DNA of 64,000 nucleotides, from positions 1 to 64,000 of the IMG/VR virus record IMGVR_UViG_3300042392_001228, one strand, 5' to 3'. The position numbers and the translations under genes are program-made. Of this stretch, positions 26,226 to 35,046 are shown one piece after another (positions within the stretch are counted from its first letter, which is position 1; each line of letters starts with the position of its first letter). The stretch comes from an uncultured virus (IMG/VR IMGVR_UViG_3300042392_001228). Lineage: Duplodnaviria > Heunggongvirae > Uroviricota > Caudoviricetes. The notes beneath the pieces were generated by a model. The model saw only the letters and a list, made by a program, of their open reading frames with translations. It was not told the DNA's origin and made no database searches.

Positions 26226-27746
26226 CTAAAACTGCCCTTGACCCCGAGGCAATGTCTTTCTAACCTCAACCCCATTGTTAGTGTAACTCACGGTACTCTC
26301 TCCCTTTTTATTCACATTGACTCTCACATTTGTTGCTCCGGAGGGTACACCGGGAATTTTTGTTGTCGGCGAAACATTTTGACTTGTTTGTCCAGCCACG
26401 CCACCCCCACGAGACGAGTTGGTCTGCTGCTGATTTACAACTACTGGACGAGTCGACAGAACACTCGCTACGGCACCCAAATTTGATGTGGTCCCGGAAA
26501 CTGTTTTGCTTGCTATGTCTCTCCCATCATCAACTTGGTACGAGGGAACTTGTGAAAAGGAAATGTCAACCTTGGCACGTGTTGCAAGGCCAGTCAAGTC
26601 TCTCATTTCCTCCTTCACCTTCACTTCCTTGATAAGGAAGCACCCACCATCAACATCACCATATCTCTTATTATTTGCATAGACCCAATACACGGGCACC
26701 TTAACGTAGCCGTTTTGCGTGTCCAGTGTGAAACTCAGGAGTTTTTCCAAGTCAGAAACCTTCCCTTCAATGGTCTTCCCCCTTGTGAAACCCTCCACAA
26801 GAGCGTTTGACATGCTTAGTTCCCTCATTCCCCGGCTGCCCGATATCACGGGTGGCAGGTTTGTGCCGAAAATTGGAACTCTATCCACCTGAACGGCGGT
26901 TGACCAGGAAATTTCTTCAGGTGCGCAGATAAAGTTCCACACTGAGGACTGTTGTGAATCTTGAGAGAAGGGTTGTCCTACTGTGGAACTTGTGAGAATC
27001 TGTGGTACTGTGGATATTGCCTTAAATGCGTCAGGGCTGCCAAACGGCACACCACTAAAGGATCCTGCTAAACTGGCTTGTTTTGTCAAGTCTCCGAGAA
27101 CAGCTCCAGAGGCACTCTGGAATGCTGCCGAGTAGTCTGCCTTCGGTGTTGGGGGCAGCCCCCCTGAAGACGGGACACTTTGCCCTGCCGGGATGGATGT
27201 TTGAACGCCACTTCCACCCTTGCCTGACACCTGATCCGTAACTTCTGCTTGGGCTCCGGATACTGCGGGCTTAATTGAAAACACCACGTCAGCACCGTTT
27301 GATCCAGGGTTGTAGGCGTACCCTTGGTAATCCGCGTCTGGCTCGTTTCCCGCCCCAGGAAAGAACTTAGTTGGGCTACTTACTGTTGCCGGGAATAATG
27401 TACCCAGCAGGTCTCTCGACAGGTTACTAACCGCGTTTCCTGCAAAGTCTTGAACCAACGACCCTAAGGGGCCAAGGGCTTTTGAGTTAACGATAGAGGC
27501 CGTTAGGGACTGAGATATGGCTTGACTACCGGTTGAAATTAGCCCCGGTGTTACTGCCGAACTCAACAGCGAAGTGAGTGACTGCGGGCTCAACCCTGCG
27601 GTGCTCGCCCACTGGTCCGACAATTTGGGGCTCAAGGCCACCCTAACCGCTGAAGACGCGATATTGTTTATTAAACCTCCCGCAACACTGTTCACAAGGG
27701 AGTTTGAGCTTACTGAGATTGTAGGAATGACTCCGGAAAAAGCCAT
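26226..27746 (-). CDS. Putative tail-tube initiator / baseplate protein
   Basis: WNFICAPEEISWS..RELSMSN..FLIKEVKVKEEMRD..RAKVDISF tube-like domain; adjacent to tape measure. Confidence 0.5.
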   Translation of the reverse strand: MAFSGVIPTISVSSNSLVNSVAGGLINNIASSAVRVALSPKLSDQWASTAGLSPQSLTSLLSSAVTPGLISTGSQAISQSLTASIVNSKALGPLGSLVQDFAGNAVSNLSRDLLGTLFPATVSSPTKFFPGAGNEPDADYQGYAYNPGSNGADVVFSIKPAVSGAQAEVTDQVSGKGGSGVQTSIPAGQSVPSSGGLPPTPKADYSAAFQSASGAVLGDLTKQASLAGSFSGVPFGSPDAFKAISTVPQILTSSTVGQPFSQDSQQSSVWNFICAPEEISWSTAVQVDRVPIFGTNLPPVISGSRGMRELSMSNALVEGFTRGKTIEGKVSDLEKLLSFTLDTQNGYVKVPVYWVYANNKRYGDVDGGCFLIKEVKVKEEMRDLTGLATRAKVDISFSQVPSYQVDDGRDIASKTVSGTTSNLGAVASVLSTRPVVVNQQQTNSSRGGGVAGQTSQNVSPTTKIPGVPSGATNVRVNVNKKGESTVSYTNNGVEVRKTLPRGQGQF

Positions 27747-28417
27747 TATTTCCACCCCTGGCTACGGGTTTTCTTCACGCTAGTGTTCTTCTTATCGTCC
27801 CTCTTCACATCTTTCACAATTTGTGGAATTGCGTCGAGCGATGACTCATCTAGGCGGTATGTGCAAATCCACCCTTGCTCAGTCGGCGCAATCTCAAAGT
27901 TGAAACGGTGACTGTCGTACTGAAAAGTTCCTGCGAACGTTCCGTCGTCTACTTGCAAAAAGTCGTTCGAACTTGACGGGTACTTGCCCTTAGCATCACG
28001 AATGTTGTTTACTGAATCTCCGAAAACACTCTCAATAACGCTTGTAAGTACCCTCTCAACTTTTTCCGCAGTCCCCAGATTATCCTCAACGAAGTTGTCT
28101 AAGGTAATAGAAGGATCGCTTGAACTATCCCATAGCTTCTCAGGGTGTATACTCTCTATGGACTCTGCAGACGGCCAGTGGTCAGGGTTCACCTTTTGTA
28201 GCATTTCCAAGGTCTCGTCAACTTCTTCAGTGCTCAAGTCCCCTACTCCCTCAACCTTTGAAAGTGCAGAGACTAGTGAAACGTCTCCATCGGCGAATTC
28301 GTGGGCAAAGTTATCCAGGTAACCCTGAGGAATGCTTGCAGCATTTCCCCCGCACGCTTCGAGAAGAAGGTGAGCCATTGAACTACAATGGGCGAAGTAG
28401 GATAAGTCGGACTGCAT
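27746..28417 (-). CDS. Hypothetical late protein
   Basis: 223 aa acidic ORF with late motif upstream. Confidence 0.7.
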   Translation of the reverse strand: MQSDLSYFAHCSSMAHLLLEACGGNAASIPQGYLDNFAHEFADGDVSLVSALSKVEGVGDLSTEEVDETLEMLQKVNPDHWPSAESIESIHPEKLWDSSSDPSITLDNFVEDNLGTAEKVERVLTSVIESVFGDSVNNIRDAKGKYPSSSNDFLQVDDGTFAGTFQYDSHRFNFEIAPTEQGWICTYRLDESSLDAIPQIVKDVKRDDKKNTSVKKTRSQGWK

Positions 28418-28440
28418 CCCGGCACAATCATTCCCCCTAG

Positions 28441-28448
28441 TTTTACCC
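28441..28448 (-). promoter_or_regulatory. Putative late promoter GGGTAAAA
   Basis: 23 nt upstream of ATG 28417. Confidence 0.75.
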
Positions 28449-28459
28449 GTTTTACCGCC

Positions 28460-29443
28460 CTAAAGTCTCGTTGGTGAATCTAAACCCACCTTAGCAAACT
28501 GAATTAGGGTCTGATCAAAGTGGTCACTCCGAAGGTTAACTCCGGGTTCATTTAAGCATTCTACAAGGTTTTCATACCATGGGGCGTCCTTTTCTATATT
28601 GTAGTCAAGGTTGGGTTCTGTCAAATCGAATAAGGATTTTGGGCTGCCTGGTGGCAAATTATCTCCCATGTCACCAAATTTAACTTTCCAGTCGGCAAGA
28701 TTTTTGGGGTGGTCTAAGTCGAAACCCATCCTCCATTTAGTATGCTCAATTACACCTGCATTATCTACAAGTCTTGCTTGAATTTTCTCTTTTGGGAAGG
28801 GGACACGAGTGTTTGCGAAATACACTCCAATGTCTTCATCTACAAGTTGAGACCAATCTCTGTCTAGGGTGGATAGCAAAATTTGCCGGTCTCTTACAAC
28901 AGACCCTGGCTCGCTATCTCGAGAAAGCCGATAAACGGCCCCGGCAATATCATCGGCTTCAAAGCCCTCCTGAGAGAACACCGGATAGTACTTGTTGACG
29001 TACTCCCACCCTATGTCAAAGATGCGCCAAAACGTATCTGTCTTGTCCCCCCGAGTACCTTTGTAATTAGTTGGAATTTCTGATATGTCTTTTCCTTTCT
29101 TCTCGGCATATTCTACCCATGCAGTCTGAACTTCGGCGGACTCATTCATGGCCCGGTCGCGCCAGTAGTTCCCTGTGTCTTTGAACCGACTATCTGCAAC
29201 CACTACTATACGGTAGGGGTGCCTCGGGAGCATGTCTGGCCCCCGATTAATTTTTAGGGCCCAACACCCTTTTATCAGCTTGTCCTCTACATCCTTATTT
29301 ACAGACCCCTCAACTTTATCTTCGAACCACCGTTTAACGTCGTGTAAATAAACGTGGAAATCAACAACTACGAGCGGGGCAGGGTTACTATCGAGCTTAA
29401 AGTAGGACTCTAATTTTGGTCTTGGCGTTTCATTTTCATTCAT
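28460..29443 (-). CDS. 5'-3' exonuclease / flap endonuclease (T4 RNase H, PolI N-terminal-like)
   Basis: VVVD, YWR, YKGTR, FEADD, TLDRDWSQL, GDMGDNLP. Confidence 0.88.
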   Translation of the reverse strand: MNENETPRPKLESYFKLDSNPAPLVVVDFHVYLHDVKRWFEDKVEGSVNKDVEDKLIKGCWALKINRGPDMLPRHPYRIVVVADSRFKDTGNYWRDRAMNESAEVQTAWVEYAEKKGKDISEIPTNYKGTRGDKTDTFWRIFDIGWEYVNKYYPVFSQEGFEADDIAGAVYRLSRDSEPGSVVRDRQILLSTLDRDWSQLVDEDIGVYFANTRVPFPKEKIQARLVDNAGVIEHTKWRMGFDLDHPKNLADWKVKFGDMGDNLPPGSPKSLFDLTEPNLDYNIEKDAPWYENLVECLNEPGVNLRSDHFDQTLIQFAKVGLDSPTRL

Positions 29444-29465
29444 ATAATCCAGCGGTAGCACCCTT

Positions 29466-29493
29466 ATTCTAGGGTCTACCGCTATTCGTAAAC
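29466..29493 (-). promoter_or_regulatory. Early/middle promoter GTTTAC-N16-TAGAAT
   Basis: Upstream of the exonuclease; overlaps inverted repeat 29451-29483. Confidence 0.65.
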
Positions 29494-29726
29494 TATATTA
29501 TTTTGGGCATAGGTAAGTCTATGTAGTATGCTGGAAGGCCAACTTCTTCCTCGGAAAATCGTGAGTCAGATAAACTGTGCCATTCACCTGATTTGAAGAG
29601 CCACACGTCACAATTTGACACTTGAAAGTCCCCACTCCTATCAGAGAATGCGACCCAGTATTCTTTGTCGACCGGGGGGGAATCCTCCGCAATCTTCCAG
29701 AATCCTTTTGCGAGTTGATTGTTCAT
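29493..29726 (-). CDS. Hypothetical protein
   Basis: 77 aa, ATGA-coupled to thyX. Confidence 0.65.
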   Translation of the reverse strand: MNNQLAKGFWKIAEDSPPVDKEYWVAFSDRSGDFQVSNCDVWLFKSGEWHSLSDSRFSEEEVGLPAYYIDLPMPKII

Positions 29727-30526
29727 GTCGTGGGTAATTGTTCTCTTAAGAGCTCGATTGTGGCCTTCAGCTTTAGAATCTCACGAGCTTTCTCGTCTTC
29801 AGCGTATAAGGGCTTTTGTGTCTTCTCATCGAACAGGGAGCGATAGATGGTAGGAAACTGTGTTGAAAAGATTGTTCGAACCGCCCTTGCTAATTCAACG
29901 TGCTCCCACTGCGCCACTCCCTCATCGTCTCTCACTCCGATGTAATGAATGAAGGAGCGAACGCTTCCCTTAAGATACATGCGAGTGTAAACCCCTTCTG
30001 GTAACACAAATCGGGCCATCTCTTTTGCGATGCCCTTGTCCAGAAGGTTTGTGTAGGACTGGAGCGCTGCTTTATACGCAAACTCAAACTCAGCCAACAT
30101 AAAGTCTGTGAGGCTGGGGTCCTCGACTACAAAACTGTTTTGTCGGTTCTTGGTGTCTTGCAACCGCGCCTGTTCAGGCATGTAGAAGAGATCCTTGAAT
30201 GTCGGTAAGTCTTCCGTGTGCTTACGCATCATTTCTTGGTTTTCGTACCGCCCCGAAAACTGCTGAAACTTGAACGAACTATGTCTAAGTACCTGGACAG
30301 AAATTGCAAGCGGTGTTACAACTTCCACAGTGAGGTCGGCCTGGTCAAACACACTCCAGTGACCCTCTTTCGCACAGTACTTGAGCAGATGCTCAATTTT
30401 AGGATTGCTCTGGTCTTTGCTCGTTACTCGTGCGATGTATGCTATCAGCTCTTCCCCTTGGGGAGTGGTGCTTACAAGGCGAGATTTGCTAGAGCCTTCG
30501 ATGAACCACGGATTGTTATTCTCCAT
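29723..30526 (-). CDS. thyX: Flavin-dependent thymidylate synthase
   Basis: ARV, HWSVF, RHSSFKFQQFSGRY, AKEMARFVLP, AQWEH. Confidence 0.95.
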   Translation of the reverse strand: MENNNPWFIEGSSKSRLVSTTPQGEELIAYIARVTSKDQSNPKIEHLLKYCAKEGHWSVFDQADLTVEVVTPLAISVQVLRHSSFKFQQFSGRYENQEMMRKHTEDLPTFKDLFYMPEQARLQDTKNRQNSFVVEDPSLTDFMLAEFEFAYKAALQSYTNLLDKGIAKEMARFVLPEGVYTRMYLKGSVRSFIHYIGVRDDEGVAQWEHVELARAVRTIFSTQFPTIYRSLFDEKTQKPLYAEDEKAREILKLKATIELLREQLPTT

Positions 30527-30527
30527 G

Positions 30528-30908
30528 TCAAGAAGCTCCCTGTGAGGTTAGACGGGCTTCGAGTCTATCAACAACCCCCGCGACAATCTCAGCCATAGTG
30601 GCTACGGCAGTGGAGTCATTGATCTTAATAACAGGGTCTTGAACACTGAAAACAGGGTGTTTCACGGGCTCTTTCCCCCTTTGTGACTCTTCACCCGAGG
30701 ACAATGCAAGAAACTCGTCGTAGTCTAACGGGTAGCCTATTGCTCTCAAGAACCGCTCAAAATTCTCAATCATTTCGCTAAGGTCCGCCTCAGACGAAAA
30801 CTGTATAGATACTCGTGGGTCGGATGGATCTTCGGCGTCAATGAAAGCTGGGAACCCCTCGGTGGGGGGCTCGTAAAGGAAGGTAATTGTACCAAACATT
30901 GTGTTCAA
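30528..30908 (-). CDS. Hypothetical phage protein
   Basis: LSEMIENFERFLRAIGY; operon tiling. Confidence 0.7.
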   Translation of the reverse strand: MNTMFGTITFLYEPPTEGFPAFIDAEDPSDPRVSIQFSSEADLSEMIENFERFLRAIGYPLDYDEFLALSSGEESQRGKEPVKHPVFSVQDPVIKINDSTAVATMAEIVAGVVDRLEARLTSQGAS

Positions 30909-31525
30909 AAGTCGAGAGAAATTTCGTCAGAGCTTAACGTGGCGAGATCTAAGCCTTTCGCCATGAGATCCATGATACGGACGGTAGATATGCAATCTGC
31001 AAGAGCGTCGTGTGCTGGCATTCCAGACAAGTTTGGAAGTTTCTGCCATCGTACACTGCCCTTGCTTTCGTTCCACTCACCCTTCCACTCTGAGTACCTG
31101 TCCATGCAACAACTCGCCCCCGAAAATTTGGGAACCACCATGTTGTATTTCTTGTACAAATGTACTAAGAGGGCGATGTCAAAATCTGCGTTGTACGCAA
31201 CAACGTGCTTACCATCCAGGATGAAAGATATTAGCTTTGCAACCTGAGGGAAGACAGGGCTCTCACTGACCATGTCGTTGGATATGCCGTGTATCCCAAC
31301 TAGCTGGTCACTCATTGGCTGAGCGGGTTTTATCAGCATGGAAAACAACGGTCGCATAGCGGTGTTTGTTACAGTAAGCTGAACAATTTCCGTCGTAGGG
31401 TCGTTTCTCAGAATTCCCGTGGTTTCGCAGTCGATAACCACGGTTTTTGTATCAGCAAGGCGCTCTTTCGCCCACTCTGACGATTTTCGCTTGAGCTCTT
31501 TGAACTCTAACTCTGTTGGTTTCAC
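30905..31525 (-). CDS. DEDDh 3'-5' exonuclease (DnaQ/epsilon-like)
   Basis: IDCETTG, AYNADFD, AHDALADC. Confidence 0.92.
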   Translation of the reverse strand: MKPTELEFKELKRKSSEWAKERLADTKTVVIDCETTGILRNDPTTEIVQLTVTNTAMRPLFSMLIKPAQPMSDQLVGIHGISNDMVSESPVFPQVAKLISFILDGKHVVAYNADFDIALLVHLYKKYNMVVPKFSGASCCMDRYSEWKGEWNESKGSVRWQKLPNLSGMPAHDALADCISTVRIMDLMAKGLDLATLSSDEISLDF

Positions 31526-31776
31526 TGTCTAGGTAAGTTTTTTAAGGCGGAGTCGTCCGCTTCAGCGTCATTGTAGGTTGCCCCCACGGGCAGTAAACCC
31601 TGGGCGTCACGGTACTCTCTCTCGATCCTTTCGTGCCATTCTATTACCTTCGTGAAGGCAACGATTAGGTCAGTTGCGTAACCTCGAACCCGTTCTCGGT
31701 CCCCCGGCCCGTCTTGTAAAACGAACTCAAAAAAAGTACGTCCTTCGTGGTCGTGACTTTCGATTTCAATTTTCAT
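31522..31776 (-). CDS. Hypothetical protein
   Basis: 84 aa, operon tiling. Confidence 0.65.
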   Translation of the reverse strand: MKIEIESHDHEGRTFFEFVLQDGPGDRERVRGYATDLIVAFTKVIEWHERIEREYRDAQGLLPVGATYNDAEADDSALKNLPRQ

Positions 31777-32140
31777 AGTTTTCAGTAAGAGCTACTGGGA
31801 GAATCCCATAATCTTCGAGTCCAAACATGCCCCTGTCAATTGACTTCCCCCCCATTCGAGTGTATGAGTAAATTTTTCCGGTGAAGCGCACACGTTCGTT
31901 CTTCCGGGGTACGCCTCCCGCCATCTTAAATTGCCTTTTCAAGACCCACAAATGGTCAAGGTATATAGATTCTCCCAGGGGCAAAGGAGTTACAAAGACG
32001 TTCACAAGGCATAGCGAATCGAGATCTTTTCTTTTACCGTGGGGGCGAAACTCTTTGACTCTGCCTGAGCAATCAACCTCGGTTCCCAGTAGGTACTTCA
32101 GATCATCTCGCTGCCGTACTACTGAGGTTTTATCTGTCAC
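31766..32140 (-). CDS. Hypothetical protein (OB-fold-like)
   Basis: DHLW..ERVRFTGKIYSY..DYG; GTG start downstream of a promoter. Confidence 0.65.
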   Translation of the reverse strand: MTDKTSVVRQRDDLKYLLGTEVDCSGRVKEFRPHGKRKDLDSLCLVNVFVTPLPLGESIYLDHLWVLKRQFKMAGGVPRKNERVRFTGKIYSYTRMGGKSIDRGMFGLEDYGILPVALTENYEN

Positions 32141-32164
32141 ATTTAGTGAGTTGTTTCTACTTGG

Positions 32165-32193
32165 AGTTTAGCGCTGTCAAGCGAAGGGTAAAG
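32165..32193 (-). promoter_or_regulatory. Early/middle promoter CTTTAC-N17-TAAACT
   Basis: Upstream of the 32140..29493 operon. Confidence 0.55.
32186..32193 (+). promoter_or_regulatory. Putative late promoter GGGTAAAG (plus strand)
   Basis: 21 nt upstream of ATG 32215, the only convincing plus-strand gene. Confidence 0.65.
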
Positions 32194-32214
32194 CTTCTTA
32201 CACGAACCCACTCG

Positions 32215-32973
32215 ATGAGCGACACACTCGGCAAACAAACATTCGGACTAACCAAAAAAGACTACACCGACAAACTAAGTAGAATTATAGAGAACCACCG
32301 AGTAAATTCCCAGCTTATTGGTGAACCGAAGGAGTTTGTTTTAAGGTCGTGCCGAGTCACACCTACGTGGGAAAAGTTGTCTACAGACCCTGAAGTTAAG
32401 CTCTATCTTAGGAATGTAGATATCGCCGGGGGCATGAGAGTGAAAATGCTAAGCCTCGAAAGAGGCGGCTCCAAGCAACCTGTGCCCAAGAAGAAACTTA
32501 TCGACTTTTTGTATCCTCCAAAGAAAATCGCAACCAGCGCAAGCTCAGAGGAGAAGCATTTTAATGCGGTAAAAGCAGCCATGAGGAGCGGTGTGTCTCA
32601 ACAGCTGAAGGACTTTCGAGACTCTGTGAATCTTCCGGCAACTTGCTACCTAACGGGAAAGAATCTAAGGAGGGGCATGAAGACAGACGTGGACCATGTG
32701 GGTTTGTCTTTTGCTGAAATTGCAGACTCGTTCGTTAAACTAAACTCGTTGACCTACGTGGATATTTTCCTGGTGGGCCCACCCACGGCGAAGGAGTTTA
32801 AGGACAAAGCCCTGTGGAAAGAGTGGAAAAGCTATCACCTTGCAAAGGCTAATTTCTCTTTGGTGTGCTCCTCGGCTAATCGGTCTAAGGGGTGCGAGGG
32901 TTATAAAACTTCTGAGGAAGTTCTTGGATCTTTCTCCAAATGTGACGCGGAAGATCTTTCCCTGGACTTTTAA
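32215..32973 (+). CDS. Putative HNH-like nuclease, C-terminal SLDF
   Basis: CYLTG..DVDHV..F...W..YH..LVC..ANRSKG; fills a gap on the minus strand. Confidence 0.6.
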   Translation: MSDTLGKQTFGLTKKDYTDKLSRIIENHRVNSQLIGEPKEFVLRSCRVTPTWEKLSTDPEVKLYLRNVDIAGGMRVKMLSLERGGSKQPVPKKKLIDFLYPPKKIATSASSEEKHFNAVKAAMRSGVSQQLKDFRDSVNLPATCYLTGKNLRRGMKTDVDHVGLSFAEIADSFVKLNSLTYVDIFLVGPPTAKEFKDKALWKEWKSYHLAKANFSLVCSSANRSKGCEGYKTSEEVLGSFSKCDAEDLSLDF

Positions 32974-33029
32974 GGGGGTCTGGCTAACTCGGCACTTTGA
33001 ACGCCCACGTAGACGAGCAATAAGGGCTA

Positions 33030-33716
33030 TTACACCTTTTGTGTGTACAACACAACTTTCAAACACGCCCCCGCAACTGTACTTCCTACACGAGTTATCA
33101 AGAAGGTCACTAGGGATCCCGCCGCTATGGTGAACCCCCCAGTTGTAAAAGCTGTTGAGAATGCCCCAGGCGTAGCTGTCGAGTTTGTGGACCCAATTGC
33201 AATCGTTGGTAGAGTTGTGTATACTGAGACGCCGTTAACCCTGATGTCAAACTGCAAGGAAGCACCCGCAGGTGGTGTCCCAACCGCCCAGACCGGAAGA
33301 CTTGTAAGCACCGTGGCCCTGGGCCAGTACGGGAGTTTTAGGCGTGTTCCAACTGTTAAGTTGGATGTCTCATCGCTAAGGCTGAATAGTTCGTCTGTTT
33401 GAGATGCCAGGCTTAGTCTTTGCTCGGACGAGAGCCAGCTAGTTCCGCTCCAAACCTTAAAATTTTCTGCGACAGTGTCGTACCAAAGCTCTCCCAAGCA
33501 TAGGCCCAGGAAGTATGGGGCTGAAACACCAAAGTTTGGTGGTTCTGGCCCAACATGACACGGGCCAACTTTTATAAGGTTGCCTTCAATGTCTGCAAAG
33601 TACAAACCCGGCTCTTCAGTACCTATGTTCGCAGCCAGCTGCCCGTCCTGCAAAGTAATTGGGTCAGGTCTTTTCTTCTCGTCGGTACTTCGCAGAACCA
33701 GGGTGGTTTGAGACAT
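33030..33716 (-). CDS. Tail fibre-associated protein with shared N-terminal module
   Basis: [40 protein letters not shown]. Confidence 0.7.
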   Translation of the reverse strand: MSQTTLVLRSTDEKKRPDPITLQDGQLAANIGTEEPGLYFADIEGNLIKVGPCHVGPEPPNFGVSAPYFLGLCLGELWYDTVAENFKVWSGTSWLSSEQRLSLASQTDELFSLSDETSNLTVGTRLKLPYWPRATVLTSLPVWAVGTPPAGASLQFDIRVNGVSVYTTLPTIAIGSTNSTATPGAFSTAFTTGGFTIAAGSLVTFLITRVGSTVAGACLKVVLYTQKV

Positions 33717-33749
33717 ACTCTCCTTGGGGTTTTCGACTCTTATTGTAAG

Positions 33750-33757
33750 TTATACCC
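33750..33757 (-). promoter_or_regulatory. Late promoter variant GGGTATAA
   Basis: 33 nt upstream of ATG 33716; next to a G12 tract. Confidence 0.5.
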
Positions 33758-33785
33758 TTTGGGGGGGGGGGGCCACGGGGCAGTG

Positions 33786-34061
33786 TTAGCTAAAGCCTAC
33801 CGGCCATATTTGACCTGTGGATCTTAGTACAACTTGAAGAGCGGCGACAACAACTGGATCAAATCCGGCGGTTACAAAGTTGATGCCCCCGGCGTTTCCA
33901 ATATTGGGTGTCACGGGGTTAACCCCGCTAATTTGTGTGGTAAATCCTGCTGGAGATACTGATGATTGGGGACCAAGTTCTCGTAGGAGAATAATTGACC
34001 CCGCAGTAGATCCGCTATCCCATAATCCTCCGGATATACTCTGTGCTGTGGTTATGCTCAT
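33786..34061 (-). CDS. Hypothetical small structural protein
   Basis: 91 aa, ATGA-coupled to upstream gene. Confidence 0.6.
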   Translation of the reverse strand: MSITTAQSISGGLWDSGSTAGSIILLRELGPQSSVSPAGFTTQISGVNPVTPNIGNAGGINFVTAGFDPVVVAALQVVLRSTGQIWPVGFS

Positions 34062-35041
34062 CCTACTGTACGGGCGAGGAATACGGGGTTGCTAGTGATC
34101 GAGTTGGTGGTTCCGGCGTTGTGGAATGTTAGTATTTCATATTCTTCTACGCCAGCACTTACTGTTGCATTGTCTTGTATTGCCAAGATGTTGCTATTTT
34201 TGATAGACGAGATGCCGAAGTCTACCGGTAGATCTGTTGCATGAATACTCGTGAGTCGAATTCCGTTGAAAACTGGATTAAAATTAGAACCTGCACTTGG
34301 ATTGGCGGCTGTTGTCCAACCGGGAAGTACAAACCCACTATTCGGGAAAGATGAGCTGTTACTTGTTCCAAAATTAGTTGGAATACTATAAATACTACAA
34401 TTTATCTCGGAAACAGAGCCTCCGCCTGCGCTAGAGTTGTTTAGACTGGAACCAAGAAGAAGCTCCCTTCTATTACGGTGAACGGATCGGACCTCAACTG
34501 CTCTACCGGCTGTGTCAATACGAAATAACCCACTATGGTAACCTAAATTTAGGTCGTAAAACGCCCTAAAGGTTGTAGCCGGGGGGTCGATTGTAACGGT
34601 AATATAAGATGTACCTGTACGAAAAACAAAAAAGCTTCTACCACTTGACGTGTAACGAGTAATAGAGAAGCTGATTGAGGTGGATATTGTTAATAGTGAA
34701 AATGCACCCCCGAGTCCCGCTGTATTAGTATCATGCCAATCAACGTACTGCGTACCAGCGCCACCAACACCCGCTGGAATCTTGGCTGTCGTGTTCCATC
34801 CAGTGCTAGTCCTAACCCAAATTCCGGTTCCATCAAATGTGAACCAGTAATAAGTTTTCCCATAAGTTTTAGAACCATCGTATATAATCTCTAAAACTCG
34901 GTGCTCTCTACCTCCAGATGTAAAAGAATCATGCCAGACTGCCATTAACCCGGCGCCAATAAAGGCATCTCGTACTACATCTGTGACTTGAATGATTGTC
35001 CAAGGCGCAACGGCGGCAAGTGGTTGTTTCGTAACGGCCAT
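34058..35041 (-). CDS. Putative tail/receptor-binding accessory protein
   Basis: Ser/Thr/Gly- and aromatic-rich, within the fibre cluster. Confidence 0.6.
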   Translation of the reverse strand: MAVTKQPLAAVAPWTIIQVTDVVRDAFIGAGLMAVWHDSFTSGGREHRVLEIIYDGSKTYGKTYYWFTFDGTGIWVRTSTGWNTTAKIPAGVGGAGTQYVDWHDTNTAGLGGAFSLLTISTSISFSITRYTSSGRSFFVFRTGTSYITVTIDPPATTFRAFYDLNLGYHSGLFRIDTAGRAVEVRSVHRNRRELLLGSSLNNSSAGGGSVSEINCSIYSIPTNFGTSNSSSFPNSGFVLPGWTTAANPSAGSNFNPVFNGIRLTSIHATDLPVDFGISSIKNSNILAIQDNATVSAGVEEYEILTFHNAGTTNSITSNPVFLARTVG

Positions 35042-35046
35042 AATTG

